A stretch of DNA of 64,000 nucleotides, taken from the NCBI GenBank assembly GCA_965153285.1, contig OZ229112.1; one strand, given 5' to 3'. Under the pieces are notes generated by a model. It saw only the letters and a list, made by a program, of their open reading frames with translations, did no database searches and was not told the origin of the DNA. Position 1 is the first letter of the stretch. Every line of letters begins with the position of its first letter. The stretch comes from Podarcis tiliguerta. Its lineage: Eukaryota. The translations under genes and the position numbers were made by a program. Of this stretch, positions 1-13,511 are shown piece after piece.

Positions 1-1334
1 GTAACAATTTTGGGACCATTTAAACCCCCCTCAGGTGCTGTTATCTAGATGTTCACCTTTCTGCCAGTCAATATTTGTAATTATCTGTCTATCCATTTGC
101 CCTGAGTCTCAGAAAAGTGAATACAGGAGCAGACAATCACTGGCAAGACTTTTCCTTGCACGCCCCACCTGAGTTTGGGTCTTCAGACACAGAGTGATGA
201 GTTGGCATTACCAGGGCCTTTAGGAGTGATATTTTCTTCTGAACTTTTGTATTTCACTCTCATTTTTTACAAACTAAAGATACTGCTTAATAGATCTGGC
301 TTTTTTATTCATTTAGATTTGTTTCCTGCTCTTGGCAGATTACTATAGATATCTGCAGATTTAACTATAGACACGGTGTACATATAATCTACCTTCCCTC
401 CCTCCCAGGAGCCACTTCATCTATCACCTGTAGGTAAAATATTAAATTGATGAACAGATGTTTGAAAGCATGCACATCATATCTTAAGTAAGCTGTACTA
501 GGCCTATTTATAGAACTTACATTTCACCTGTACTTTTAAAAAAAGACCGTATTGTAAACTGCTTTTTGACCATGTATGGTGAAAAGCTCAATAAATATTG
601 GAGGGGAAATATGCGTAAACTTGTTGAGCAACTGTGATGCACGAAATCTCCCTGTGGAACGTGCACTTGGTGGCAAACCTCAGTGAAATATATGCAGATC
701 ACCCCAATTTATCACCAACATAGCCATGCATGATATGGTTGGATGAGAGATGGTGACTTGCTTTCAGCCATCCAGTAGTTGTTGTGAATGAAGGACCAAA
801 AGCATGGTTCCCTACGAGGCCAGCCCAAGACATTTTGCTGCCTGAGGTGCATCAGCAGATGCCCTTCGCCCTGCTGTCAGAGTCCGTAGTACCCAATGCC
901 AGCCAAGTTGTTTTGTCTTCTGAGGTAGACAATTCCACACATGCCTCTTCCTCTCCATGACATAAAAAAACCACAGCAATAAATGAAACAACTTAACAAA
1001 TGGCTACCCTTTCATGACACCCAAAACCAGCTGCCCAAGTCATCTGCCTAATGGTAGGGTGGCCCTGACTCTTCTGCATCCAAATCCAAGAGTTTCCTAA
1101 AAGCTGCTCTACAGCTCATAATGCCAATTCTTTTGGGTCTCGCTGTGTTGTTGGAGGCAAATTACCTGGATTCAGCATCTGTTTCAGATATAGGGGCTCA
1201 GTTGTGCACTTCATGCTCTCTTACCCACCAGGGCTTTTCCATTACTTCCCTTCCTCATGGAGGGGGCAGCCCTGCTATCATAAATAGATCTGTGGTGGTA
1301 GGCACTCTGTTTAGTGAAGTGAATGGGGTATATA

Positions 1335-1584
1335 CCATATTTTTCGCTCTATAAGATGCACCAGACCATAAGACACACCTAGTTTTTGGAAGAGGAAAAC
1401 AAGAAAAAAAATATTCTGAATCCCAGAAGCCAGAACAGCAAGAGGGATCGCTGTGCAGCAATCCCTCTTGCTGTTCTGGCTTCAGCAATAGCTGCGCAGC
1501 CTGCATTCACTCCATAAGACACACAAACATTTCCCCTTACTTTTTAGGAGGGAAAAAGAGCGTCTTATAGAGCGAAAAATACGG
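1335..1584. mobile_element. Non-autonomous Tc1/mariner-pogo (Tc2-like) MITE, 250 bp
   Basis: TIRs CCATATTTTTCGCTCTATAAGATGC / GCGTCTTATAGAGCGAAAAATACGG, with TA on both sides (1333-1334, 1585-1586) and an internal 58-bp palindrome. Confidence 0.9.
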
Positions 1585-3499
1585 TACTTGAGATACATGG
1601 GCATTCTGTGATGCAAACCCCGGGATTCCAGATTCAAGTGTTAACTCAGTCACATGAACGTAACTGTACTACATAAACCACTTGTAGTTCTCAATTAATT
1701 CTTCCTGACCTTAGTGAAGACCCTGCTGAGTCAATCTTTTTTTAATGAGCATGGCAAAATACGGTATTATAGGTATGCTACTCAGACCACAACTTTTGTG
1801 ACTGGGAGATCCAGGAACACATAAGGAGTACTGTCCAGTACATTTTCTTTCCTTGTTAGCATCTTCTGTTCTTAGCCGGCAAATATATTTTGAGAGAGGT
1901 AGAAATCTTCTCATGCGAAATGTGTTGGAAATGGGACTCTGCCTAGCTCCTCTAATCTGCAAGCTGGTGGCTGTGGAGCTGACACAAAGAGGCAGGAGAG
2001 GGCACAGCTGCCTTGCAAAACTCTGTTATTAGCATGCCTGCATCAGCAGAATGTGCTCAGAACGGGTCACCCAGCTGGATTTTAACACTACTGCGAGCTC
2101 TTGTTTCCGAAACTGGTATTTTTCTTCCCTTTATAAAGGAGGCGTGCAAAATAACAGAGCCAAGGAAAATGTAAATGTTTAGGGGTGGTACAGGGCGAGG
2201 AGAAATTTTAGACCAATTGGCCTTGGCACCAGCCCCGTGGAAAAAAATTACTGGTGGTTTCTGTTTTCAAAAGACCTTCAGTCAGCCAAAGGCAGAACGG
2301 CCAAGACTGTTAATGGAATGGGCTAATCCAGGAAGTCCTGAGTGCTTCAAATTAAGGGTTCTAATCCCTTGGTTCCCACTGAGAGCTGTTTATAGAAAGC
2401 AAGACAACGCATTGCTATTTAAACACAGATGAATTTTAATTCACCTGGCCCCCTTCGTTATATGTTTCCACCAACCCCCAAAGGAAACAATCAGGCCTAA
2501 CTGGCATGGCCACAGTGTCGTGATATTTTGCGGCAGTACCCAGAATGCACATTGCTTCTGCTCAAGAGATTCTGCAACATGGTGTCATTTTCTCAAGCTC
2601 AAACGGCCACTGAAAATCATGAAGAGTGTGGGGAAAGCAGAGAGAATGACACTGATTCTTGTACTCGGGGATGCCCAATAAAGCTGTCTGATGGTAGATC
2701 CAAGACAAACACAAGAGCACAGAGCCCTGCTGGGTCAGACCAAAGGCCCACCTGGTCCAGCATTCTCTTCTCCTGGTGGCCAAACCAGAGTCTTGTGAGG
2801 AGCCCCCAAAAAGGAAATGAGCTCTCGCTCACACTCCCCTGCAAACGCCAACGCTGCCTGCAACTGGAACTCAAAAATTGCAAACATGTTATTGCAAAAT
2901 GCATGGATGACCTCCTTGTTTTTACACATTTGTAAGGAAGACACGTCTACCTTTCATCTACTTTGATCAACTTGAAGCAGATCTTCACACAGAGCTGCTG
3001 ATGGATAAGAAAGGGCCAGGATTTATCTAACCACTACATAATACTGTCTCTTTGCATGTCACAGAGGAAGGCCACCACCTGCATAATCTACTTGTGAGTG
3101 CCCTGGGGGCATCTAGTCAGCTTTGGGGGGGGGGTGACACTAGATATAGACTTTGGTCTGATATTGTCCTCTAAGGCAGGGTCTGTGGCTCAGCTGTGTG
3201 TTCACCTTTTTTGCATCCTCCTGCTAAGATTACTGAGTGCTTTAGGCCAGCTCTAACGCTGGGTGATGGTACATCCTTTTGAGATATGAGCCCATGATGG
3301 AGTGCTCACATGACCCTCATTGTAATGACATTGTAATATGGAGACCCAAAATATATGTTTTGCCAGAGGTAGTAATGGGAACTGACCTTCATGGTGGTAC
3401 AGGGTAAGTCTTAGTGCATTTCCCTCCCTATTCACCCTCTCCATGTTCCTCAATTGTCAGATGAAAATGTGTGTGTGTTTTACATTATATATTTTAAAT

Positions 3500-3642
3500 A
3501 CCTTTGCTGGAGGTATTGAAACAGATACTGGGCAGCACTTGGACATGGTGTGGTTGCATCCTGCACAGTAGATCCTATGTTGAGCAGAGAGTTGGACTAG
3601 ATGACTTTTAAAACCCTCCCAAATTTGAAATTCTATTACTAT
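3500..3642 (+). mobile_element. Old CR1 LINE 3' end fragment
   Basis: GTTGGACTAGATGAC...CCAAA...ATTCTATTACTAT resembles the CR1 3' terminus. Degenerate. Confidence 0.6.
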
Positions 3643-5673
3643 ATGAGAGAATTCTTCCTTTCCATAGTGAGGAAAATAGTGGCATGAACATCTTTTCTTG
3701 ATTTTAGAAGATGGCCTTTTCCATTTAAAAATACAACCACGCAACAACTCTTCACTTAGATACAGCTCCTTCCTTGGTATGCAAGACTGATGGATGGCAG
3801 TGGGAGAATCCCCTTCAGTTCACATTAAAAAGTGAACCTACCCTTTTCAATTTGCCCTTTTCAAAACAAAATGCAAATCAAAACACAACCATTACACTTC
3901 TCTAACTTTTGCAATGTGGTTCTCCAGCCGATTAATGTGTGCAAAAAGTCCATATACTAAAGTGTGCCCATAAATGCATACTTCGGGAAAACAATGTGCC
4001 AAAATTCACTTTAATAAGGGGAAATGCTTTGCAAAAATGTATCTGTTTAGGAAAATTGCATACTACATGTGCCCTAATATGCTGGTGAATTTTCATCAGG
4101 ACTCTTTTTTAGTATAAGAAAATCACAAACTAATGTGGAAAATTGAATTTAAGATTGAAAAAATTGGAAACTGAGGGAAACCACAGTTGACATCGTTGCT
4201 CATCCCTATGCAAGAATCATTATTTTAGTAAGCCGTAACGATTCTATCCCCCACACAGTACGATTTCCAACCTTTCAAAGTCAGGCTGCAGTCATAAGCA
4301 TAGTTAATTGGAAGGAAATCCACACATACATGCCCTGTCAGCTTTTACTAGCAACACTGCTATGTTCAGTCCTGAAGGTGGGGGAAGGAAAGGGTATTCA
4401 ACCAGTCCAATATGTACATTTGCTTGATAGACTTCAATTGTAGATGCAGATTTGAGGCACACCAGTCACTGGTATATACCTAGGTGGTGAGGACAGAACA
4501 GGTACTGTAGATTATCTAATTTTGAGTTAAGATCCTCCTGCACTCCCACTGAACTGGTCTTGCATTTAAATTCTAGCAGCTTATTTCCTCAACACATCAT
4601 CCAAAGGATAGTTAATGGGTTGTTGCTTTTTTGTGACATACAATTGATGGAACTGCAGAGGCAGATGGTTTGTTTCTTTGCACTTGCTATGACTCTGTAC
4701 ATGAGATAAGTATGCCAATGTTTTGCCAAGAGATCATACTTCTGAAGTTTTCCATTAGGGGCTGGGGAGGAAAGGAACTCAGCTGTCCCAATAATAATGA
4801 GATTAGAGTGACAATGTTCTCTTTTCAAATAGATTATTCTTCTGATCAATTCTTCTTTTCTTTCTTGGGAATTATGACTATTTCTCCTTTTTAGCCCAAA
4901 CTCAGTGTAAAGCAGTAGTTAAATTAACATGTGGATACATTATAAAAACCAACATCAGAAAATGAGCCCTGGTTAAGACTTTTAGCCTCTCGATAAATCA
5001 GCATGGTAGAGGCAGAGTTGAATGAAGCATAGAGCTGGTTCAGAAGGTCTAATCCAGGTGTGAACAATCTCTTCATCCTGAAAGGGCCACATGCTCTCTT
5101 TCTGGGGCCACTTGCCAGCAGCTGCACAGACAAAAGTGTTCTGGATTAACTAATCTGGAATAAAGACCACCCTGCATTGAGTTAGGATTAAATTCCCCAT
5201 CCTATGCAGGCCTACTCAGAAAGTCAGCCCTGCTTGGTTTGCTGGGGCTAGTCTTAGGTGTGGAGAATGAATATGATAATGATCATTAATTTACAACAGG
5301 CTAATACAGCTAGCTACTGTTCTGGAAAGCAAGTGACAAGTAATTCCTTTTTTACTTTAGTGTGCGACACACGCACATGGCAGAAGCCTACCAATTTATT
5401 CTCAGACAGCTGTGGAAGGGGGGGGGGAGGCGATTTTCTTTTCCCTAAGCCAAAAAAAGAAAGAAAGAAGTTTTTAAACCATCAATTTATTTCTGTCAAA
5501 TCAAATACTGCCCCTTCCAATTGTTCTGAAACAATTTAATTGTTCTGAATTTAAAATAACTCAGAAAGATATGAAGCAAAGGTACTCCTGTGAAATTGGG
5601 GGGGCAGACTACTTAAAATTGAGGCTGGGGGCTGCCTGTTTCCCCTGGAATACTGATCGGCCTAATCTCTGGA

Positions 5674-5827
5674 NNNNNNNNNNNNNNNNNNNNNNNNNNN
5701 NNNNNNNNNNNNNNNNNNNNNNNNNNNNNNNNNNNNNNNNNNNNNNNNNNNNNNNNNNNNNNNNNNNNNNNNNNNNNNNNNNNNNNNNNNNNNNNNNNNN
5801 NNNNNNNNNNNNNNNNNNNNNNNNNNN
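5674..5827. other. N run (154 nt)
   Basis: Run of N in the sequence. Confidence 0.99.
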
Positions 5828-6040
5828 TCACCCTGTGCCAGCAGGGGGATACTGTAGATAGTTATGCAAATGAAGGATCGAAAGTGACGTTCAGTGATTG
5901 GAGTTTTAGAAAGTTGCTACAGTAACGTTGTACTGGAGCTCTATATAAGCAGGCTGACTGAGCCCTTCAGTTCAGTTCTGTTCTGGCCTCTGAATAAAGA
6001 CAAGCTGTTTGAAGAATCGCTGTGTCATCTGATATGTTCA
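5828..6040 (+). mobile_element. LTR-like segment (U3-R organisation) between two gaps
   Basis: Ordered motifs: ATGCAAAT 5864-5871, TGACGT 5885-5890, ATTGG 5897-5901, TATATAA 5942-5948, AATAAA 5993-5998. The termini are hidden by Ns. Confidence 0.6.
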
Positions 6041-6443
6041 NNNNNNNNNNNNNNNNNNNNNNNNNNNNNNNNNNNNNNNNNNNNNNNNNNNNNNNNNNNN
6101 NNNNNNNNNNNNNNNNNNNNNNNNNNNNNNNNNNNNNNNNNNNNNNNNNNNNNNNNNNNNNNNNNNNNNNNNNNNNNNNNNNNNNNNNNNNNNNNNNNNN
6201 NNNNNNNNNNNNNNNNNNNNNNNNNNNNNNNNNNNNNNNNNNNNNNNNNNNNNNNNNNNNNNNNNNNNNNNNNNNNNNNNNNNNNNNNNNNNNNNNNNNN
6301 NNNNNNNNNNNNNNNNNNNNNNNNNNNNNNNNNNNNNNNNNNNNNNNNNNNNNNNNNNNNNNNNNNNNNNNNNNNNNNNNNNNNNNNNNNNNNNNNNNNN
6401 NNNNNNNNNNNNNNNNNNNNNNNNNNNNNNNNNNNNNNNNNNN
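6041..6443. other. N run (403 nt)
   Basis: Run of N in the sequence. Confidence 0.99.
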
Positions 6444-7875
6444 TACAGCTGCACTAGTTGTGTCATTTGTGCACTGAATCCATACAGCGGAAGCACACAG
6501 GCTGGAGACAAAACAGCATTTTCAAAGAGCGTTGTCTGCTTCCCATGGTGTACACACATACGCAAACACTTTTCTAATGGCCCCATTTATCCAAGGCGAA
6601 TGTGGAATTGAGTGTACACTTCACAAGTACCAATCTCTCCTTTAAATTGCTTCAAACTCTCTGGGGGAGGGCAGGGAAAGATAATCTGTCTCATGCTCCA
6701 GAGCCTCTTCTCAGGAACTGTAAGCAACTGTCCTCTAGAAATTCCAGGAGGAAGCACTCCTGAGACTGACCAGTAACTTGCCCCTATATGGAGGTGATTA
6801 CTTAAATATAAATGTAAACCAGCTTTCCATACAAAATGTACTCCCCGCAACATACACACTGCTGGAAATTTAACCTATTCACTCTGGTTAAATGGAGCAG
6901 TTTTAGCTGACTGCCCTACAGAAATATGTCAGCTTGCCAAGCATTGTGTAAACATTTGGGTTGTTAGTCCTTGGAGCAACAAGTAGCTCCCCATATGTGT
7001 TAGCAGCACACTGGCAATGAGGCCCCAAGTGAGCCACCGGAATGTTATACTCTGCAGACAATTAAGCTAATGTTTTGCTCTTTGCAGAAGTTATACACTA
7101 TAGGAAATCTATGACCTAAATGCAGGGGCCAACATCCATTACATCATCTCTCTGGTTTGTTTGAGAAACTTGATTATAATGGACAATTGCTGGACCTCAT
7201 TAACCTATTAATACAAGGAAACCTCTCCCTGTTCTCTACAGAGGATGCAGAACTTCCATTACCCTTCAGTTTTGTCTTTTTGTTCCCCCACTGGTGCTTG
7301 GTTTTAGAGGAATTGTGATTATAATAATAATGCTATAATAAGCCATGCACAACAACATAAATGCTTCCCCGAAAGATGCTTCCCTTCAGGTTTAATTTTT
7401 ATCCTCAGGGCAGTGGAGGTTCATCTGTTGGGCAAAGCATGGCGCAACATCCTCCTACGATTCTGAGCCCCTCAAAACCTCCAAGGCCATACATAGTCCA
7501 GTCTTCCTCCTAGCGCTGACAGTCATTATTAATACATTGTTCACTGGCTGCGCAGCATCCTAGATGCTTCTGCCAATCTCATTTGCTTAGCCAATCAAAA
7601 TGTTTAGGTTGGCAGCCCCCCATGTCTGCATCTGGCCCCAATCACTGCTAGCACACAGCCCCTAGAGAAGGTTGCATGGGCTCCTCACTTGTGGACTAGA
7701 GGGACAAGACTAGAAAACCAGGGAGGATGAAGTAACAGGAAAGTCTGTTGGCTGTGGAGAAGCAAACAAGACAAGGCTAAGGTGATTCAGATGAGGAACT
7801 TCAAACCCTTTGGAAGCTGTGGTGCACGCCAGACTGGAGCTGAAGGGACACAATTCCGGCCCCTGAAAAGATTAG

Positions 7876-8197
7876 TGTTCAAATATATAAAAGGATGTCA
7901 TATAGAGGAGGGAGAAAGGTTGTTTTCTGCTGCTCCAGAGAAGCGGACACGGAGCAATGGATCCAAACTACAAGAAAGAAGATTCCACCTAAACGTTAGG
8001 AAGAACTTCCTGACAGTAAGAGCTGTTCGACAGTGGAATTTGCTGCCAAGGAGTGTGGTGGAGTCTCCTTCTTTGGAGGTCTTTAAGCAGAGGCTTGACA
8101 ACCATATGTCAGGAGTGCTCTGATGGTGTTTCCTGCTTGGCAGGGGGTTGGACTCGATGGCCCTTGTGGTCTCTTCCAACTCTATGATTCTATGATT
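7876..8197 (+). mobile_element. Young 5'-truncated CR1 LINE (ORF2 C-terminus plus 3' UTR)
   Basis: An uninterrupted frame VFKYIKGCH...RTRSNGSKL...FLTVRAVRQWNLLPRSVVESPSLEVFKQRLD is typical of the CR1 ORF2 end, stop at 8121-8123. The tail reads CCAACTCTATGATTCTATGATT. GATTAG occurs on both flanks (7870-7875, 8194-8199). Confidence 0.95.
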
Positions 8198-8501
8198 AGC
8201 CAAATTATTAAGATGAGGTTCCGTTTTTGTTTTGCACTTCTCCAGCTTTCCTGAAAGAACCATTATCAAAGAGTTTGTTTTTGTTTCTAGGCATAAACAC
8301 CCAGGCAATTGAAAATTAGAATATTGTGTGTTCCACAATTCCTAGTACTGTTTGTTCACTCAAGTCGCTTACGATATTCAAAGTACTTTTAGGTTTTTTG
8401 GAAGTTAATGGGAAGGAAAATTGTCTTTCTGTCAATAGAATGAAAGCAATTGGTTTCCATCTAGGTAATACTTACTTGCAAGAGCCGTGTGCTTGTGACA
8501 T

Positions 8502-8600
8502 TAGGAACATGGGATGCCACCTTGTGCAGAATCAGTCCATGTTACCATCTAGCTTCTCTATACTGACTGGCAACAGCTCTCCAGGGTTTCAGGCAGGACT
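8502..8600 (-). mobile_element. Squam3-like SINE 3' fragment
   Basis: The reverse complement matches the CCTGAAACCCTGGAGAGCTG..GCCAGTCAGT..AGCTAGATGG body seen in the copies near 15.0-15.5 kb. Confidence 0.6.
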
Positions 8601-9424
8601 ATGAAAGGCAGCTTTCATGTTCTGCTCCTGTTTTAAAATCCAAACAAATAGTTCCAATAACTCTAAGACTTTCAAATGAACATTTTCCTGTTTCTAGGGA
8701 ACACCCCTCTCCCCAGTCTTTATTGTTTTTAATAACCGCTCTCATAGCAAACCCTTTATCTAATTCCCATAATGTTTATTATCAAGGTGCATAAAGCTCC
8801 AGAAAACCACCAGCAATATTCTGTACTTCTCTAAATAAAATACTTGTCCTATGACTGGCTCCAAAAGCAGACTTGCAGTGCAATTCTATGCATGCCTAGT
8901 CTAAGAGGGTGGAGGTTTTGTCCTAGGCCCTGTAGTATTCAAGGTTGTTGTGGTTTGTTTTTTAATAAAAAACAAAAAAATGTGGATGAGGGTATAGAGC
9001 AGGGGTGAGGAGCCTTTTCTGGTTGCAGGGCCGGATCTTTATTTCCCACCCTGCTGGATCAAATTTGAAAGGTGGACAAGGCCATGAACCTGTCAATCAC
9101 TGGGCATCACTATGGCATCCAGCAAAGGTGTGCTTTGAAGTTCCAATTGCCAGGACTTCAAAGTGCAGCACAGGGTCTTTGAAAGGCCTTTTACAAGCAG
9201 CCTCGTGCTGCTCTTTGAACCTCTGTTTTTCAGAGGTTCAAGGAGCAGCTTTGGGAGGAAGAAGCAGTTTGTACTGAATAGACGCTGCTTCCCCTTCATA
9301 GAATAAAGTGTGTTCCCACCACCCATCAGTCCTTGTGCAGTGGGAGCATGCAAAGGAAGAATTAGGAGTTGACTTTCAATTCTCAGTTGTTCCTTTCAAG
9401 ACTCGCCCTTACCTGCTCCACACA

Positions 9425-10350
9425 TGACATCATCAAAAGCCTTCAACAAAATACCAAACTTACCTGAGTAAGTTTGACAGTCATGGAATAAGAGGAAAGG
9501 TCTTCTTGGGATCAAGAATGTGTCAAGGGACAGGAAGCAGAGAGTAGGACTAAATGGGCAGTTCTCCCAGTGGAGGGTTGTAGAATGTGGAGAGTTATTG
9601 GGATCTGTGCTTTTTAACTTGCTCATAAATCATCTAGCGTTAGGGGTGAGCAATGAGTCAGCCAAACAAAGCAAAACAAGATTGCAAAGAGCTCTTATCT
9701 TAAAGGACCTCTCCCAACTGAGTGAATCGGTAAAAAAATGGCAAATGCAATTCAGTGTAAACAAGGGTAAAGTGATGCATGTCAGGGCATTAAAAATATT
9801 CATTTCGCATATTCACTCATAGCAGGAGGGAGAACTTGGGGCCATAGTGAAAAGTTTGATGACAGTGTTGGCCCAGTGTGTGGCTGCTGTAAAAAAGGCA
9901 AATTCCATGCTACGGATCATTAGGAAATGAACTGAAAATAAAACTGCCAAAATAATAATGCTGCTATACAAAGCTGTGGTGTGACCACACTTGGAGTACT
10001 GTGGTTGGTTCTGGTCATCTCGCTGCAAAAAAGATACTGTAAAGTTGGGAAAAGTTCAGGAAAGTCACAATGAAGATCTGATCAAGGGATGCAGCAACTT
10101 CCCTACAAGGAATCATTGTAGCATTTGAGGCTTTTAAGTTTGGAGAAAAAGGCAACATGATAAAAGTATATCAAATTATACACAGCATGGAGAAAGCATG
10201 GAGTAAATGTTTTGTCCTTGTCTCATAATACTAGAATTAATAAACATGGAATGAAGCTGTCAGAAGAATCAGAACAGACAAAAAACAACCAAAACAACCC
10301 AAACCTGACTTCTTCCCAGAGTTGATGTTAAATTCTACTGAATTCGCTCT
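9425..10350 (+). mobile_element. Old, degenerate CR1 LINE ORF2 (RT region to near 3' end)
   Basis: Broken frames give KAF, RKQRVGLNGQFSQW, LGSVLFNLLIN, KWQMQFSVNKGKVMH, KKANSMLRII and PHLEYC motifs of CR1 RT, with many stops and indels. Confidence 0.88.
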
Positions 10351-13300
10351 CACAAGGAAAAGTAGAGCTTTCAAGTCATGACATCCACAGAGAAAATACA
10401 GAGCAAAACAGGCAGTGTAACTTTGTTACAATGATGGGCATGGGAGAAAATCAATGCAATTTTTACCAGATCTCTCTCCCTGCTCCCATCAGTAATCTTA
10501 TTACCCATATGAATCAGAACTGTGGGTGCTTCCAGACAACCTTTCCATTGAGCATTCATTCAGATTTGCTTATTGAAGAGGCTATTTGACGTTGCATCAA
10601 ATCAATGTATTCCTTATCCTAAAGAACCTGGTTCTTTGGGTAGGTTGCCCAAGAGCTAGAAATCAGCTTTAACCACACAACCTGAATTTGCCGTTACGTA
10701 GTTGAATCTCACCTGAAAAAAACGACAGTCCGGAAGTGTCCCATGAAGCTCTTGCGGCTGCTGCTGAATACTGATTGCATTATAAAATTTATCCATCCAC
10801 AAAATGGTTGGCTTATATAGCAAAATATGTTACTGAACCTACTGAACCTAGACCTCTGCTTGGAGCCTAGAGTGACTGTTCCTGCTTCATTAAACAGACT
10901 CCTTGTCTTACATACACTTTGGCGTTGGTGCTTTTTGATCCCTTCTGCCTCTCTGCTTGAGACGCTCCGGAATCTGCATGCTCATGGGGGTGCTTAACTC
11001 CTTAAATATCCTATATTTATATGTCTCAACTGTTTTCCTGGTTGTGCAATTAATTTATCTCAAAGTCACATAATACAAAGAAGCACAAAGGTTTTTAAGC
11101 AATTTTAGGAGGCGGAGAGTGAAAAAGGCAAAACAAAGAGTTCGGTATAAAGATATGCTAATGATTTCTAAATAAAAGCTGCGAGATGATCTGAAGGGAT
11201 CTGCAACAACAACAAAACTGCTTCCTCCCGGCTTCTGATAATTCCCTAGAAAACTAGGTGTGCAGAAAATAACTGGGCAGCTTCTGTTAACTGATAGCAC
11301 TACATTTTCATGGGTAAATACACAGATCTCTAAACACTATTTCATGCCTTGTACATCCTTCTGAAAACAGCCAGCTTCTCCCCTCAAATGCACAGTGGCA
11401 AGCATCTTAGTATACATTAGTTGGTCAAAATTATTGGCCTGTGTGATGCTGAATGTTTGGCCCATTGTACATTTTTAAGATCAGCATGTGGGCCTCTTAT
11501 TATTGATCTGCTGAGTTATTCAGTACATCCCTTTGTTGGTGTTGCCTTTCATTAGATATTTTAAGTATTTGATTAAAATACATGGAGCCCCTATGCAGAA
11601 CCATATGATAAGGCCCCATTGCCTTCTGATTAATACAGAGCCGGTCGGTCTTAAACACTCAGAAACGAGCAAAGGTCCTGTCTTGCCTGCTGCCTTTTAG
11701 CATGTGTGGTCATTCTGCTCTGCAGAGCACGATTGGCACATGCTCCACAGAGAGGTGCTCTCAGATAATCGCTCTCCAGCAGAGGCCATTATAACTGAAG
11801 CTCTGTTCTGCTCTATGGCATTCTTAGCATACTGATTAACCCAAATCTGTTTTCTTGTGCTCTGTCCAAGGAGTGTTAAAAGCCTTTAGTGCCATAGGCC
11901 CAGAAGATGGACACAAACCATTGCTGTAAGAATGTGCTTGGGGTTATTTCCTTTTGCTTCCACTGCCTTTTCTGCTTTGCAAATCATTAAGGCTGTAATT
12001 CTGTATCTGCTTACAACTCAACAGGAATTACGTTTTGGTAGACATTTATAAGTTTGTGCTGTAAACATTGCAGATAGATGTTCAATTTGTTCCAATCAGT
12101 TCTCCCTCACTACCCAAATGCCTTTTCTTCTTCTTTTTAAAGTCTTATTTCTGTGACATTAGATAGTGTAAATAAAGTATGGCCAGCATTTTTGGCATTC
12201 ATGGCTAGAAAACTTCATAATTTCTTGTTATTATGTGTCCTACTCATAATAGAAACAAGAAAACTTATTCTCTTGCATCACTTTATATGTTTTTATTGCT
12301 GGCAAGTATGTTGTATTTATGCATTAGTTCCATAAAATGAGTATATTGGGCTCTTTATTCCAACCTTGACTTTGCTATACATATCCTGGACAAAATCTTT
12401 GTTAACTTGGCCAGTTTAGATTAAGTATTTTGGCAAAAGAAACAAAATGAGAGTACATTCTGGTGTCAGCACAACCTACAAAAGTTAAAATACGTGTGTG
12501 GGTTGTTTTTTTAAGGCTATCATCCTCCATGGCTGGTGAAATGTTGAGAAAGTGCTGTGGGTGCCGACAGTGGCGGACCTACATTTTTGGGGGCACTGAA
12601 CTGTAATGGGGGCTCCTTCACAACCAGCAACGTGATCTGAATACGGGGCTGTTCCATGACAGATCAACCCATCTTTACAGCATCTGTGCTACTCTCAAAC
12701 TTTGATTTTTGTTGTTGTATGTATTTCAGCTATCCCAATCAATTTGAGTTGGGTCAAAATGATAGGTGGGTCCATGAACCGGGTGGAATCATCTGAATTG
12801 CTGATAGTAGGGTCTAATGAGAAACTGTGAAGATCTGCGGTATTTCTAAATGTACCTGTATTCAATTAACCCAAGGCTCTCTCTGAAGCCAGTGCAAGGT
12901 TACCTGCTAGTTTAATGGAGCTTTCCTCCATAAAATATAGGTCTTTATTCCCCCTTGTTCCTGAGGTACATCTCCACTCACCACCCCTTCTTCGCTGGCA
13001 GGGGAGGCCCCGCCATTTTGTTGTTCTCCTCAGGTGCCAAAATGTCTTGGGCCAGCCCTGTCCATTTGGCCAGCAGAAGTATTGCCACTACACTGAATTC
13101 CGCACTGTATGCTTATCTCCCCTCCCCAGTGTAAGAGTTTTCTAATTAACTTTTGAAAGCACTGGTCTGCTGGGCTTGAAACCAGTGTTCTACTTTCACA
13201 AGAGAGAAATCCATTCCCTCAACACAATGCACACATCAGCTGAAAATGCCACTGGGTTCCCCCCTACTTGGAAATAGCGGAAGCTGCCCTTTTTCTTTTC

Positions 13301-13420
13301 TTTTCTTTTTTTGCATTTTGTGCTTTTTATCATATTTTTATGGTGTGAACTGCCCTAAGATCTGCGGATGAAAAGTAGCATTCAAATTTAATGAACTAAA
13401 TAAATAAATAAATAAATGCA

Positions 13421-13511
13421 ATTCCCAGCCCTACCTAGAGCTGTTGTGGATTGAACTTGGGACCTTCAGCATGCAAAGAAGATATTCTACCACTGAGCTA
13501 TGGCTCTGCCC
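13421..13511 (-). mobile_element. Squam3-like tRNA-derived SINE, 5' part
   Basis: The reverse complement reads GCCATAGCTCAGTGGTAGA (A box)...AAGGTCCCAAGTTCAATCC (B box)...GTAGGGCTGGGAA. It follows a + strand element tail ending in (TAAA)n at ~13340-13417. Confidence 0.7.

Noticed and set aside
5571-6586. ORFs containing long X runs
   Set aside because: Artefacts of translating through N gaps.
7782-8338. 113-aa and 146-aa ORFs as host genes
   Set aside because: They are the CR1 ORF2 C-terminus and its antisense frame.
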